This document shows, piece by piece, positions 56,689 through 64,000 of a stretch of 64,000 bases of DNA. Numbering within the stretch: the stretch's first letter is position 1; the number at the start of each line of letters is the position of its first letter. The translations under genes were made by a program, and so were the position numbers. The notes beneath the pieces were generated by a model, which was not told the origin of the DNA, ran no database searches, and worked only from the letters and a program-made list of their open reading frames with translations. This DNA comes from a phage, in sequence record PZ496580.1. The stretch is one strand, 5' to 3'.

Positions 56689-56957
56689 TTCACTAATTGA
56701 ACAGCACGGAACAGAATGCGATCACATGGAAGTAGCATAAAGTTCCAGCTCGGATCAAAGTCTTTAGCGGTGTAGGGTTTCCCATCAACAGAGATTTCAC
56801 TTACATAACCAATGGGCGACACTTTAAGAACAGTAAATCCATTCTTGATGACTTCGTAGGTATCTTTCAGACCTTCGTAGTCGTCCTCTAAGAAGTCTTT
56901 ACGTGCTTGCTCAGATTTAAAAACATAGGCCACACCAGCTTTAAACATCTTACGCAT
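56685..56957 (-). CDS. Paralog-family protein (90 aa, single domain)
   Basis: NGFTVLKVSPIGYVSEISVDGKPYTAKDF. Confidence 0.55.
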   Translation of the reverse strand: MRKMFKAGVAYVFKSEQARKDFLEDDYEGLKDTYEVIKNGFTVLKVSPIGYVSEISVDGKPYTAKDFDPSWNFMLLPCDRILFRAVQLVK

Positions 56958-56988
56958 TGTTGATTCTCCTTCTTGATTAGATGGGAGT

Positions 56989-57017
56989 ATTTTACTACTC
57001 CCATTTCATGTTGTCAA
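56989..57017 (-). promoter_or_regulatory. Early promoter cassette (TTGACA-N17-TAAAAT) with GGGAGTA-N6-TACTCCC palindrome
   Basis: Plus tgtcaa at 57012-57017; palindrome at 56984-57003. Confidence 0.6.
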
Positions 57018-57023
57018 CTACTA

Positions 57024-57497
57024 CTATCTTAATTTTTGTATGAATTGTTTCTTATACTTCTTCGTGATTTCTTCTCGTGTATCAGCGTCGCAGTAATCGA
57101 AACCTTCTGCGTCCATAATAGCAACCATCTCCGCGCGTGTCAAGCGTGAAAATCGTTTTACTTTATCAACAGCATATTGAGGATGTAAATGATTGTTGGT
57201 GTAGTCTCCTTTGATGTAATTAACATAGTTTGTAGCCCAAACAACGAAATCAGCACCTAAAGCACCAACCCCAAACCGCTTAAAGTCTCCGGTCAGCGAT
57301 CCTTCTAGGCGGTTGCAACACGAATGAAGCAATCCCCTTACGCGGCCTTGCCCTTTCCCATCTAGATCGTGATCATGGTCAAGATGGTTTTTGCTCATAT
57401 CCTCAAAAAGTGGCAATTGACAAAGGGGGCAAATGCCCCCCTGTTTTTCGAATAGTTCTTGTTTGTACTCTTTAGCACTCTTAGCAGTCAGTAACAT
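57024..57497 (-). CDS. 49: Endonuclease VII gp49 (Holliday junction resolvase; 157 aa from ATG at 57497)
   Basis: MLLTAKSAKEYKQELFEKQGGICPLCQ...NHLDHDHDLDG...GRVRGLL matches remembered T4 gp49; same length as T4 (157 aa); SD GGAGGGTG. Confidence 0.9.
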   Translation of the reverse strand: MLLTAKSAKEYKQELFEKQGGICPLCQLPLFEDMSKNHLDHDHDLDGKGQGRVRGLLHSCCNRLEGSLTGDFKRFGVGALGADFVVWATNYVNYIKGDYTNNHLHPQYAVDKVKRFSRLTRAEMVAIMDAEGFDYCDADTREEITKKYKKQFIQKLR

Positions 57498-57521
57498 AAA
57501 TTCACCCTCCAAAGAAGGTAT

Positions 57522-57803
57522 TTAACCATTAATCTTGTTTTTGACTACAAAGGACCGGAACTCATCAAAGCCACCGATATAATCACCATTATAGAAAATC
57601 TGCGGCATGGTGGCAATAACTTCTACCCCTGCGCGATCCTGAATATCGGCAATGATAGAATCAATCTTTACCGGGCGACCGTTTTCGTCAACACCATCAT
57701 TAACCGGAATGTAGATGTAAGGGATCTTACGCGCTTCACAAAGGCGCTTTGCATTCTGGCAATACTTACAGTTGTAACCTTCAAAACCAAAAATTTCTAC
57801 CAT
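57522..57803 (-). CDS. nrdC: NrdC thioredoxin/glutaredoxin (93 aa from ATG at 57803)
   Basis: CKYC redox motif, MPQIFYNGDYIGGFDEF similar to remembered T4 NrdC (MPQVFAPDGSHIGGFDQL). Confidence 0.75.
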   Translation of the reverse strand: MVEIFGFEGYNCKYCQNAKRLCEARKIPYIYIPVNDGVDENGRPVKIDSIIADIQDRAGVEVIATMPQIFYNGDYIGGFDEFRSFVVKNKING

Positions 57804-57811
57804 GTTATACC

Positions 57812-58624
57812 TCAATCTACGTTAGTTACATAAACTTCTTGCGTATCAGAAGACTTGCCACCTGAACGATCTAGGCAATAGGTCTTATTCAACAGGACGC
57901 AGTTTAAATCGTTCCGCTTGATAAAGTCAAGAAGATGATCATTTACCTTTCCCTTATGATGTGTGACATTACTGATACCAAACTGAAAACCACGCGCCAT
58001 AATAGATTCTACCCACTGATAGAATTTAATCTCTTCCTCGTCACTCCAGAACTTATTATATTCCGCAGAAGTGATAAGGTACGGCGGGTCCAAATAAACG
58101 AAATCACCTGGCAAGATCTCGATCTCGTCATATCGTCCAGAAGTAAAATTGATTCGACCGTCTTTGTTTTCTTCTTTAAAATTCAGGACACGCTCTACCG
58201 CGTTTTCGTTAAAAGTCCGGCGACCAAAGTTAGCATTAAATTCGCCCTTCCGGTTATGGCGGTTAATGTTGCTAAAACTATGCTGAATCAACACAAACAG
58301 AGATAGCGGATCTGGATTCTCGTTATACTTCTTGCGGAATGCCATATAAGAATCTTTATCATCACGAGACAAACCATTCTCGGCAATAATCCGCTTGATC
58401 GTAGAAACCGGATCAGGACACTCGTCAATCGCTTTGTACGCGTCAATTAAGCGGTGATCATAGTCATTAGCCAGCACATCCCCTTCGACGTACAGAGACA
58501 CGCTCAAGCCGCCACAAAAGGCATCAACAAAGCGGTTATAGTGCTTAGGGAAATACTTACTAACACCAGGCAATAACTTTTCCTTATTGCCCGTATAGGG
58601 AATTAAACCTAATGCTTTCTTCAT
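57812..58624 (-). CDS. dam: DNA adenine methyltransferase Dam (270 aa)
   Basis: IPYTGNKEKLLP, FVDAFCGGLSVSL and DPPYLIT motifs match remembered T4 Dam. Confidence 0.9.
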   Translation of the reverse strand: MKKALGLIPYTGNKEKLLPGVSKYFPKHYNRFVDAFCGGLSVSLYVEGDVLANDYDHRLIDAYKAIDECPDPVSTIKRIIAENGLSRDDKDSYMAFRKKYNENPDPLSLFVLIQHSFSNINRHNRKGEFNANFGRRTFNENAVERVLNFKEENKDGRINFTSGRYDEIEILPGDFVYLDPPYLITSAEYNKFWSDEEEIKFYQWVESIMARGFQFGISNVTHHKGKVNDHLLDFIKRNDLNCVLLNKTYCLDRSGGKSSDTQEVYVTNVD

Positions 58625-59055
58625 TATCCCTTCCTCAAATAAGTTCGCTCAATCTCTACCAGTTCGAAAAAATCTTGCCAACCGCAAGGAAAATTGCAGT
58701 TTCCGAAATGATCCTCTTTGTAAAGTTCTTTACCGGATGGCAGCTTAATATCTGTTACGCTGTAGTATCCGCAACAATCGCAATCACCCTCTGTATATTC
58801 TGTTTTAGTCGGAATATCCATCATTGCCAGATACAAAGGTACATCGTCTTGCTCAAAGTTCATGTAACCTTCATGGTCAAACGAAACAAAATTGTCATCA
58901 CCACCGAAAGGGATATAATGGTCATAGTCGGTTACAGGTTGACCGTGTAATTCCCATTCTACAATTTTAATATTACCGCTAAAATTGATACCCATAATTT
59001 CAACAAGAAAATGAGTATCGTCAATGTAAATCTTACTAGGAGTTGGATAAACCAT
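58624..59055 (-). CDS. Hypothetical Cys-rich protein (143 aa)
   Basis: ORF; C-terminal CDCCGYY...CNFPCGW cysteine cluster. Confidence 0.5.
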   Translation of the reverse strand: MVYPTPSKIYIDDTHFLVEIMGINFSGNIKIVEWELHGQPVTDYDHYIPFGGDDNFVSFDHEGYMNFEQDDVPLYLAMMDIPTKTEYTEGDCDCCGYYSVTDIKLPSGKELYKEDHFGNCNFPCGWQDFFELVEIERTYLRKG

Positions 59056-59065
59056 TATATAATCC

Positions 59066-59362
59066 TCATATCTCAGAGAATAGAATCTCTGTTAGCTTCA
59101 CTGACTGCTCTCTGAATGTTAGCGTATACTCGAAAGGAAAGTCAACACCTAATTTCAGAAGAGAATAGCCTACCGCCTCTTTATGCTTATCGGTTAGGGC
59201 AATCCTAACCAATTCCCGTTGAATCTCTTTAGGCGGTGAATGGATAGTAACACTGGTATCATGCAATGTCCAGTCACCATTACGAATCAAGATTAACGGT
59301 TTATCGTCATTGAAGATCACCGACCCCTTTCCGGTCGGTGAGTGTTTTATACTAATCATCAA
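59066..59362 (-). CDS. Hypothetical protein (98 aa)
   Basis: ORF in minus-strand array. Confidence 0.5.
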   Translation of the reverse strand: MMISIKHSPTGKGSVIFNDDKPLILIRNGDWTLHDTSVTIHSPPKEIQRELVRIALTDKHKEAVGYSLLKLGVDFPFEYTLTFREQSVKLTEILFSEI

Positions 59363-59573
59363 ATTCTAAGAAATATTCTGGAACGATATAACCGTTAAAG
59401 TCATTGCACTTATAAAAATGTGGTGCATTTAATGCTGGATGAGCGTTTGTAAACCTCACGTCAGCCAGAAACAGAACGTAATTAACAGGTCTGATACCGA
59501 CAGAATCAGGATCTAATCCCTTTTCTCTCAGTTCAGCCAGCGTTAAAACTCGTCCAGATCGTAACTTAGCCAT
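59352..59573 (-). CDS. Hypothetical protein (73 aa)
   Basis: ORF in minus-strand array. Confidence 0.45.
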   Translation of the reverse strand: MAKLRSGRVLTLAELREKGLDPDSVGIRPVNYVLFLADVRFTNAHPALNAPHFYKCNDFNGYIVPEYFLEFDD

Positions 59574-59859
59574 GATTTACCCCCAATTCATCAAGATTAT
59601 GTCGCAGCATTTCAGAGTATTTTTCTACTTCCTTGATCTTAGTGTGGATCTCCACGATCTCATCTTCACTATCAGAAAGTTTAATGGCAATAGCGGTGCT
59701 GCTTTTACCCGCCTTGATCGCTTCTTTCAGTTCAACCAACATGTCCGCGTGTTTCAATAGTAATTCTTCACGTTGAACATAAGCGACGGTCAAAGCCTCA
59801 TCAGCGATTTCTAAAGCATTTTCAGCGACACCAACAACCATTTTACGAGTAGACAGCAT
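59566..59859 (-). CDS. Hypothetical coiled-coil protein (97 aa)
   Basis: ORF in minus-strand array. Confidence 0.5.
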   Translation of the reverse strand: MLSTRKMVVGVAENALEIADEALTVAYVQREELLLKHADMLVELKEAIKAGKSSTAIAIKLSDSEDEIVEIHTKIKEVEKYSEMLRHNLDELGVNHG

Positions 59860-59873
59860 AAATTCACCTCACA

Positions 59874-60182
59874 TTATTTCACGTTAACGCCGTCATCAAT
59901 CCAGCCGACGCTATTTGGTTTAACAGTTTTACCATAGGATGCATACTTAATCAAGCATGGTTTAACATCATTATCAAATCTTCCTAAACGTACTCCAAAA
60001 TCAGGAATATCCATGTATGCGGCTTTATATCCCCATGTACCGTATTCAGAATCAATCTCAACCGGACGGCCTTTAAAAGCATACACGACACCGTGACGGT
60101 CAACGATAACATAGCAATAGCCAGCCGGAAGATACACAGTTTCGCCGTAAACTTTAACTGGAGTAGCAGAAGAGATAAACAT
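59874..60182 (-). CDS. Hypothetical protein (102 aa)
   Basis: ORF preceded by GAGGATTATATT-ATG module. Confidence 0.5.
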   Translation of the reverse strand: MFISSATPVKVYGETVYLPAGYCYVIVDRHGVVYAFKGRPVEIDSEYGTWGYKAAYMDIPDFGVRLGRFDNDVKPCLIKYASYGKTVKPNSVGWIDDGVNVK

Positions 60183-60216
60183 AATATAATCCTCACATCG
60201 TTCATTTGATGCGGTT

Positions 60217-60245
60217 ATTATATGATAACCGCATTTTCATGTCAA
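60217..60245 (-). promoter_or_regulatory. Early promoter cassette (TTGACA-N17-TATAAT) with GCGGTTAT-N6-ATAACCGC palindrome over the -10
   Basis: Plus tgtcaa at 60240-60245; palindrome at 60211-60232. Confidence 0.6.
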
Positions 60246-60251
60246 CAGTTT

Positions 60252-60626
60252 TTAAAAATCTTCTTCCGGTTTATATCGACCGTCGTCTTCTTGTTTTGGA
60301 GTAAATCCTTTATGCGTGCGCGGCTTCGCTTCCGGTTTACCAGCAATCATCAAACCAAAACATTTCAGCCCTTTATAACACATAACAATATTAACCACGG
60401 TCCACGTTATAGGCCATATAATAGAACAAATGGCATATGCTCCAGTATCGACCTCTTTGGTGTCCTTGTCGAATCTAGCATACAAGCAAATTATAAGATA
60501 GGTGATCATTGCACCAGTAGGCCAGATATAAAGTACATTAACAATATCTTGTGACGTCACGTTATCCTCCTTACATGTCTTGCAGTGCATAAAAGCATTT
60601 TTCTTCATAGTCATAGAAAATGTCAA
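60252..60626 (-). CDS. Hypothetical membrane protein (up to 124 aa; start ambiguous)
   Basis: Two hydrophobic helices; track start overlaps the upstream ORF by 55 nt. Confidence 0.45.
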   Translation of the reverse strand: MTFSMTMKKNAFMHCKTCKEDNVTSQDIVNVLYIWPTGAMITYLIICLYARFDKDTKEVDTGAYAICSIIWPITWTVVNIVMCYKGLKCFGLMIAGKPEAKPRTHKGFTPKQEDDGRYKPEEDF

Positions 60627-60849
60627 AGTATGCTTTTTCTACATACTCGCCATTGATCCAAGCGGCAGTAACAATCAGAGTGGTCCAGTTAGATCCGCTC
60701 TCAACCGTAAAGGTTTTAATACCCAGCTTCGCTGCTAAGTCGAACGCAAACCGGACGCAACCACGGCAGGAAGTGATATTGGAAGTTTTGATTTTGATGC
60801 CACCGCGAGTTTTAGAAATTTCTACTTTAGCGAAAGACAGGTTGCTCAT
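60571..60849 (-). CDS. Hypothetical protein (92 aa)
   Basis: ORF with SD AAGGAGAATCAAA before ATG. Confidence 0.5.
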   Translation of the reverse strand: MSNLSFAKVEISKTRGGIKIKTSNITSCRGCVRFAFDLAAKLGIKTFTVESGSNWTTLIVTAAWINGEYVEKAYFDIFYDYEEKCFYALQDM

Positions 60850-60891
60850 TTTGATTCTCCTTAAGAAAGTGTGTTTCGTTTTGATGTGTTT

Positions 60892-60920
60892 AGTATAGGG
60901 GATACGTGATCCCCTGTCAA
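60892..60920 (-). promoter_or_regulatory. Early promoter (TTGACA-N17-TATACT) with GGGGAT-CACGT-ATCCCC palindrome filling the spacer
   Basis: Plus tgtcaa at 60915-60920. Confidence 0.55.
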
Positions 60921-60936
60921 CAACTTTTTTATGATT

Positions 60937-61257
60937 TTAGTGAATTAACTCTACACCAAAATGAGGCACAGAGAACGCCTTACGAAACACATATTCATCA
61001 TGTTTAGGGATCGCCCCTAACCTCTCTATTTCGCTCGCTAACACGATAAACTGTTTATCTGGTGCATATGCCTTGTGTGCTTCAACAACGCACGGAAAAC
61101 GCGTTTTAGAGAGTTCTGGATAGTTTTCTGAATCCAGAAGGACGATGAATACCCTATTACATTGATTGTAGAATCCTGTTTTTGATTTCATCAAGTTTTT
61201 TTCTATGTACATTTCGTGCAATCTTCCTTTCATGATTTCGTTGGTTCTTGTCTTCAC
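60937..61257 (-). CDS. Hypothetical protein (up to 106 aa; start ambiguous)
   Basis: Track start overlaps the upstream ORF by 100 nt. Confidence 0.45.
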   Translation of the reverse strand: MKTRTNEIMKGRLHEMYIEKNLMKSKTGFYNQCNRVFIVLLDSENYPELSKTRFPCVVEAHKAYAPDKQFIVLASEIERLGAIPKHDEYVFRKAFSVPHFGVELIH

Positions 61258-61498
61258 AGTTTACCCACTCAACAAGATCTTTACCTAACTCGAAAGCCCA
61301 TTCTCGGTCCTGCTTTACGTTTTGTAGGTATGGACTTTCCGACACTCTACGAAGTGATGTTGTCGTAACAAGAATGATCCCAGGAATGGTCGGATGTTCC
61401 TTGCCATAAACAATAGGACGCGAGTCACTATCAATACCTTGTAAGAAGGTGTATCCTGAATCACTTAGAATCATATACATTTTCATTTCACACATCAC
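61157..61498 (-). CDS. Hypothetical protein (113 aa)
   Basis: ORF in minus-strand array. Confidence 0.5.
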   Translation of the reverse strand: MMCEMKMYMILSDSGYTFLQGIDSDSRPIVYGKEHPTIPGIILVTTTSLRRVSESPYLQNVKQDREWAFELGKDLVEWVNCEDKNQRNHERKIARNVHRKKLDEIKNRILQSM

Positions 61499-61752
61499 AG
61501 TTTCCTCAACCAGTTATTAAAGCGAGCAAACCATGATGCTTTTCGTGCTTCTTTTACTTTATGTGCACGAAAACCACTGAAACACCATTCATAATCATCA
61601 CCGAAACATGATTCAACAGGAACACCCGCATTTCGTAGTTCTCTGGTCTTTATCATGAATCCTTGACATAAGGGGCGACCTTCAACAATGATAGGAAGTT
61701 TAACTTTTTCCATGAAAGTATACCCAGCACGGTCAATAATTTCAATCTTCAT
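61495..61752 (-). CDS. Hypothetical protein (85 aa), tandem paralog of 61771..61968
   Basis: MKIEIIDRAGYTFMEKVKLPIIVEGR vs MKIEIIDDGGFSFMNGVKLPIIVEGR. Confidence 0.55.
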   Translation of the reverse strand: MKIEIIDRAGYTFMEKVKLPIIVEGRPLCQGFMIKTRELRNAGVPVESCFGDDYEWCFSGFRAHKVKEARKASWFARFNNWLRKL

Positions 61753-61770
61753 AATATAATCCTCAATTAG

Positions 61771-61968
61771 TTATACTGCCCATGCTTCATTTGCACGAAA
61801 ACACCATTCATACTCAGGAAAATAACCTTTAATTGGTACGCCAGCTTTTTGTAGTTCCTGCGTTTCTACAAGATAATCAAGCCCATAACGACGACCTTCC
61901 ACAATAATAGGAAGTTTAACGCCATTCATGAAAGAAAATCCACCATCATCAATAATTTCAATTTTCAT
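61771..61968 (-). CDS. Hypothetical protein (65 aa), tandem paralog
   Basis: See 61495..61752. Confidence 0.55.
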   Translation of the reverse strand: MKIEIIDDGGFSFMNGVKLPIIVEGRRYGLDYLVETQELQKAGVPIKGYFPEYEWCFRANEAWAV

Positions 61969-62213
61969 TTTACATTGTCTCCATAGATCTTTCCATCAAT
62001 ACCAATTTCACCAGCACGAACATCTAGGATAAGATGCGGTAGGTGTATGCAGTTTTCCCACCCTACGCGCTTCATTTCTGAAACAGTGACGTAAGCCCAT
62101 CCGTTCGCTGTAATAAAGTCTACTTCAACCTTGAGAGGAAAGCAAGACTTTTCTATGTTTTCAAATCCGACAATGTGTTTTGTCGTTGAATATGGAATAT
62201 ATCCGGTGATCAT
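61965..62213 (-). CDS. Hypothetical protein (82 aa)
   Basis: ORF, ATGA overlap with downstream ORF. Confidence 0.5.
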   Translation of the reverse strand: MITGYIPYSTTKHIVGFENIEKSCFPLKVEVDFITANGWAYVTVSEMKRVGWENCIHLPHLILDVRAGEIGIDGKIYGDNVK

Positions 62214-62671
62214 TTTGTGATCTCCTTATACTCAACACACCATAAACGGGTCGCCCATGATAAACGCTCATAACGCTGGCAGAAATCAGACCATAGATAT
62301 TGTGTACCGTCTTGCATAGTTGAAATATGCGTTTTCTCTCCTACTTTCACGAATGAAGTATTCGATTTTGTGATCTCGACCGGAGTATATCCGAAAGCTG
62401 GTTCCAAGTCAACATCTGAACTAAATGCTAATTTAACAGAATTTGTTTTTCTGACCGCTGTCCGGTTTCCTTCTGGGTATAGCACAGCAGGTTTAGCGCC
62501 TAAGCGGATAAACTCAGTGTTTTTAATGAACAGAATATCATGATAACCGTCATATTCCGACACTTCCATAGTAACAGGAAAATCGACATGTTCTAAACCT
62601 GGTAGATCTCGCATATCATGAAATGTAGCCATCAACTTTTTCATCTTGTATTCCTCACTCTTCTGTTTCAT
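62210..62671 (-). CDS. Hypothetical protein (153 aa)
   Basis: ORF in minus-strand array. Confidence 0.5.
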   Translation of the reverse strand: MKQKSEEYKMKKLMATFHDMRDLPGLEHVDFPVTMEVSEYDGYHDILFIKNTEFIRLGAKPAVLYPEGNRTAVRKTNSVKLAFSSDVDLEPAFGYTPVEITKSNTSFVKVGEKTHISTMQDGTQYLWSDFCQRYERLSWATRLWCVEYKEITK

Positions 62672-62852
62672 TTCTTTTATATGGTACTATAACAGGATTA
62701 ATACAGCAAGCACCAATTACGTTATGAGCACCACAATTTAAGCATTTATAATCATGGAACTTATTAAGGAATCGACCAAACTCATAGCCGACTAACGCCG
62801 CGTGTACTTGAGTCTCGATCTCATCCATATCAGCCAATGTTTTAACCTTCAT
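62655..62852 (-). CDS. Small zinc-finger protein (65 aa from ATG at 62852; track start 62891)
   Basis: ATG at 62852 preceded by GAGGATTATATT; CLNCGAHNVIGACC motif. Confidence 0.45.
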   Translation of the reverse strand: MKVKTLADMDEIETQVHAALVGYEFGRFLNKFHDYKCLNCGAHNVIGACCINPVIVPYKRNETEE

Positions 62853-62862
62853 AATATAATCC

Positions 62863-63153
62863 TCAAATGGTAGTTTTGCGAAGATGGTCATTACATGCTT
62901 TTAATGCATCAGTCGCGGTGTCATAGCGAGTATTATCATAGCACCAGTAACCATCTGTCAACTGATAAATCAATCCGTCCCTTTTAGCTTCGATGAAAGA
63001 TAACTCTTTGAAAGTTTCTACTTTCTTTGCTGATACTCCACGGTCACGGCGCTTATAGAGTTTAGCTAAAATGCGTTCAGCTTGTTCCTCTTTATCACCA
63101 GACAGATCCCAAATAATGTTGCGGATATGTTTGATTAATTGTTCAGTGGTCAT
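62863..63153 (-). CDS. Hypothetical protein (96 aa)
   Basis: ORF with conserved UTR/SD AAGGAGAATCAAAG before ATG. Confidence 0.5.
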   Translation of the reverse strand: MTTEQLIKHIRNIIWDLSGDKEEQAERILAKLYKRRDRGVSAKKVETFKELSFIEAKRDGLIYQLTDGYWCYDNTRYDTATDALKACNDHLRKTTI

Positions 63154-63182
63154 CTTTGATTCTCCTTAGTTGGTATGTGTGC

Positions 63183-63210
63183 ATTATAGCATTGTGATTA
63201 TCTTTGTCAA
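63183..63210 (-). promoter_or_regulatory. sigma70 consensus promoter (TTGACA-N16-TATAAT)
   Basis: Plus tgtcaa at 63205-63210 and attata at 63183-63188. Confidence 0.6.
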
Positions 63211-63215
63211 CACCC

Positions 63216-63247
63216 AAAAACAAAAAGGCTACCCCGAAGGATAGCCC
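63216..63247 (-). terminator. Rho-independent terminator after the gp38-like gene
   Basis: Minus GGGCTATCC-TTCG-GGGTAGCC hairpin followed by TTTTTGTTTTT. Confidence 0.7.
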
Positions 63248-63253
63248 ATAAAA

Positions 63254-64000
63254 TTACACGCGAGCACCGTAGATCGTGCCTACTTTATCCCAGCGAGGGG
63301 CATTGCCAGTAACAGCCTTACCAGCTGCGCCACCCGAGTGAACAGTTCCTCCAGTACCACCTTGAATATATGAAGATTTGCCAGCAGACCCCAAATCTCC
63401 ACCATTTCCTCCATAGTGAACCCCAGAAACAGTGCCTTTACCTGGGGCAGAAATTGTACCAGCAGATGCTGCCGCTGCGCCGCCTCCTGCCTTACCAGCA
63501 GCACCAAATGGACGGCCTCCGCCGCCTCCAAATATCATATCCATTTGAGGGAAAGGATGGTATCTAGCACCAGCACCGCCACCACCGCCACCACCAATAA
63601 TACCATTATTGTTTATTCTTAAACGAGTTCCAATTCCGTTATTTATTGCATTTCCTCCTGCTCCACCAGCAGAGTTACTTCCGCCATTTCCTCCCCGACC
63701 TAATACATGAACACCAGAGTTAATGATTAGTGTCACATATTCATTTGTTAGTGAGCTAGGGAAATCAAGACAAGGAACGCCAGTAGATTGGGAAACAATA
63801 TTACCTGTGATAGTAATTACTACCGGAGTAGATCCTTGTGCTTTCATCCAGTTAATAAGAGTGTCTTTATTGTAAGAGTTACTAGCGCCAATGCTATAAT
63901 GAATCTCTTTAGAACGTCCGACCATCGCTGACATATACGCCGGACGACCTAAGCGTACAGCTTGCATTGCGGCGCTCATCCACCGTTGACCAGTCTCAGA
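63254..64000 (-). CDS. gp38-like glycine-rich receptor-binding adhesin, C-terminal ~248 codons (5' end outside window)
   Basis: Frame open to window edge; ...SETGQRWMSAAMQAVRLG...GRSKEIHYSIGA... resembles the conserved N-domain of T2-type gp38 as remembered; multiple glycine-rich tracts (GRGGNGGSNSAGGAGG, GGGGGGGAG, FGGGGGRPFGAAGKAGGG). Confidence 0.55.
   Translation of the reverse strand, partial: SETGQRWMSAAMQAVRLGRPAYMSAMVGRSKEIHYSIGASNSYNKDTLINWMKAQGSTPVVITITGNIVSQSTGVPCLDFPSSLTNEYVTLIINSGVHVLGRGGNGGSNSAGGAGGNAINNGIGTRLRINNNGIIGGGGGGGAGARYHPFPQMDMIFGGGGGRPFGAAGKAGGGAAAASAGTISAPGKGTVSGVHYGGNGGDLGSAGKSSYIQGGTGGTVHSGGAAGKAVTGNAPRWDKVGTIYGARV

Noticed and set aside
63416-63622. Glycine-rich region interpreted as simple low-complexity or plus-strand ORFs (63370-63567, 63416-63622)
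   Set aside because: The plus-strand ORFs are antisense shadows of the Gly-rich minus-strand frame; the minus frame is open across the whole region to the window edge and ends at a terminator, so it is the coding strand.
1-64000. CRISPR arrays, tRNA genes, rRNA, integrase/att sites
   Set aside because: No regularly spaced direct repeats were seen, and by eye no cloverleaf-like tRNA candidates in the short intergenic gaps, though this is not a tRNAscan-grade search. No integrase-like ORF; the content is that of a strictly lytic T4-like phage.

Overview
This window is a T4-like (Tevenvirinae-type) myophage segment, read entirely from the sequence and from remembered T4 protein sequences and gene order; no database search was run. 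The plus strand (1-8950) carries the late long-tail-fiber module 34(3' part)-35-36-37 and holin t. After a convergent terminator the rest (8984-64000) is a dense minus-strand early/middle array syntenic with T4: topo II gp52, rIIB, rIIA, fused topo II gp39/60, dexA, dda, gp56, primase gp61, helicase gp41, uvsX, DNA polymerase gp43, regA, clamp loader gp62/gp44, clamp gp45, gp46/gp47, sigma gp55, nrdH, nrdG, nrdD, endo VII gp49, nrdC and dam, interspersed with about 60 small ORFs. Within the window there is no gene 42/beta-gt/imm between uvsX and 43, no motA/asiA between t and 52, and no denB/ndd between 52 and rIIB, which fits an RB49-like 'pseudo-T-even' phage with unmodified cytosine. The most unusual content is: (1) an eight-gene, at-least-twelve-domain paralogous family flanking nrdG/nrdD; (2) a gp38-like glycine-rich adhesin gene on the early strand at the window end, far from gene 37, which itself carries a C-terminal intramolecular chaperone domain; (3) an unassigned 489-aa P-loop NTPase with a small partner ORF between 55 and nrdH; (4) about 20 repeated sigma70-type promoter cassettes with GC-rich inverted repeats and a conserved SD module (PeSL-like); (5) a freestanding HNH-AP2 homing endonuclease between 47 and 55; (6) a secreted DUF1311/LprI-like protein; (7) a duplicated rIIB-type HTH mini-gene between rIIA and rIIB. 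The ORF track accepts GTG/TTG starts, so several starts were moved to an internal ATG with a Shine-Dalgarno sequence where I checked them; unchecked starts are track coordinates.
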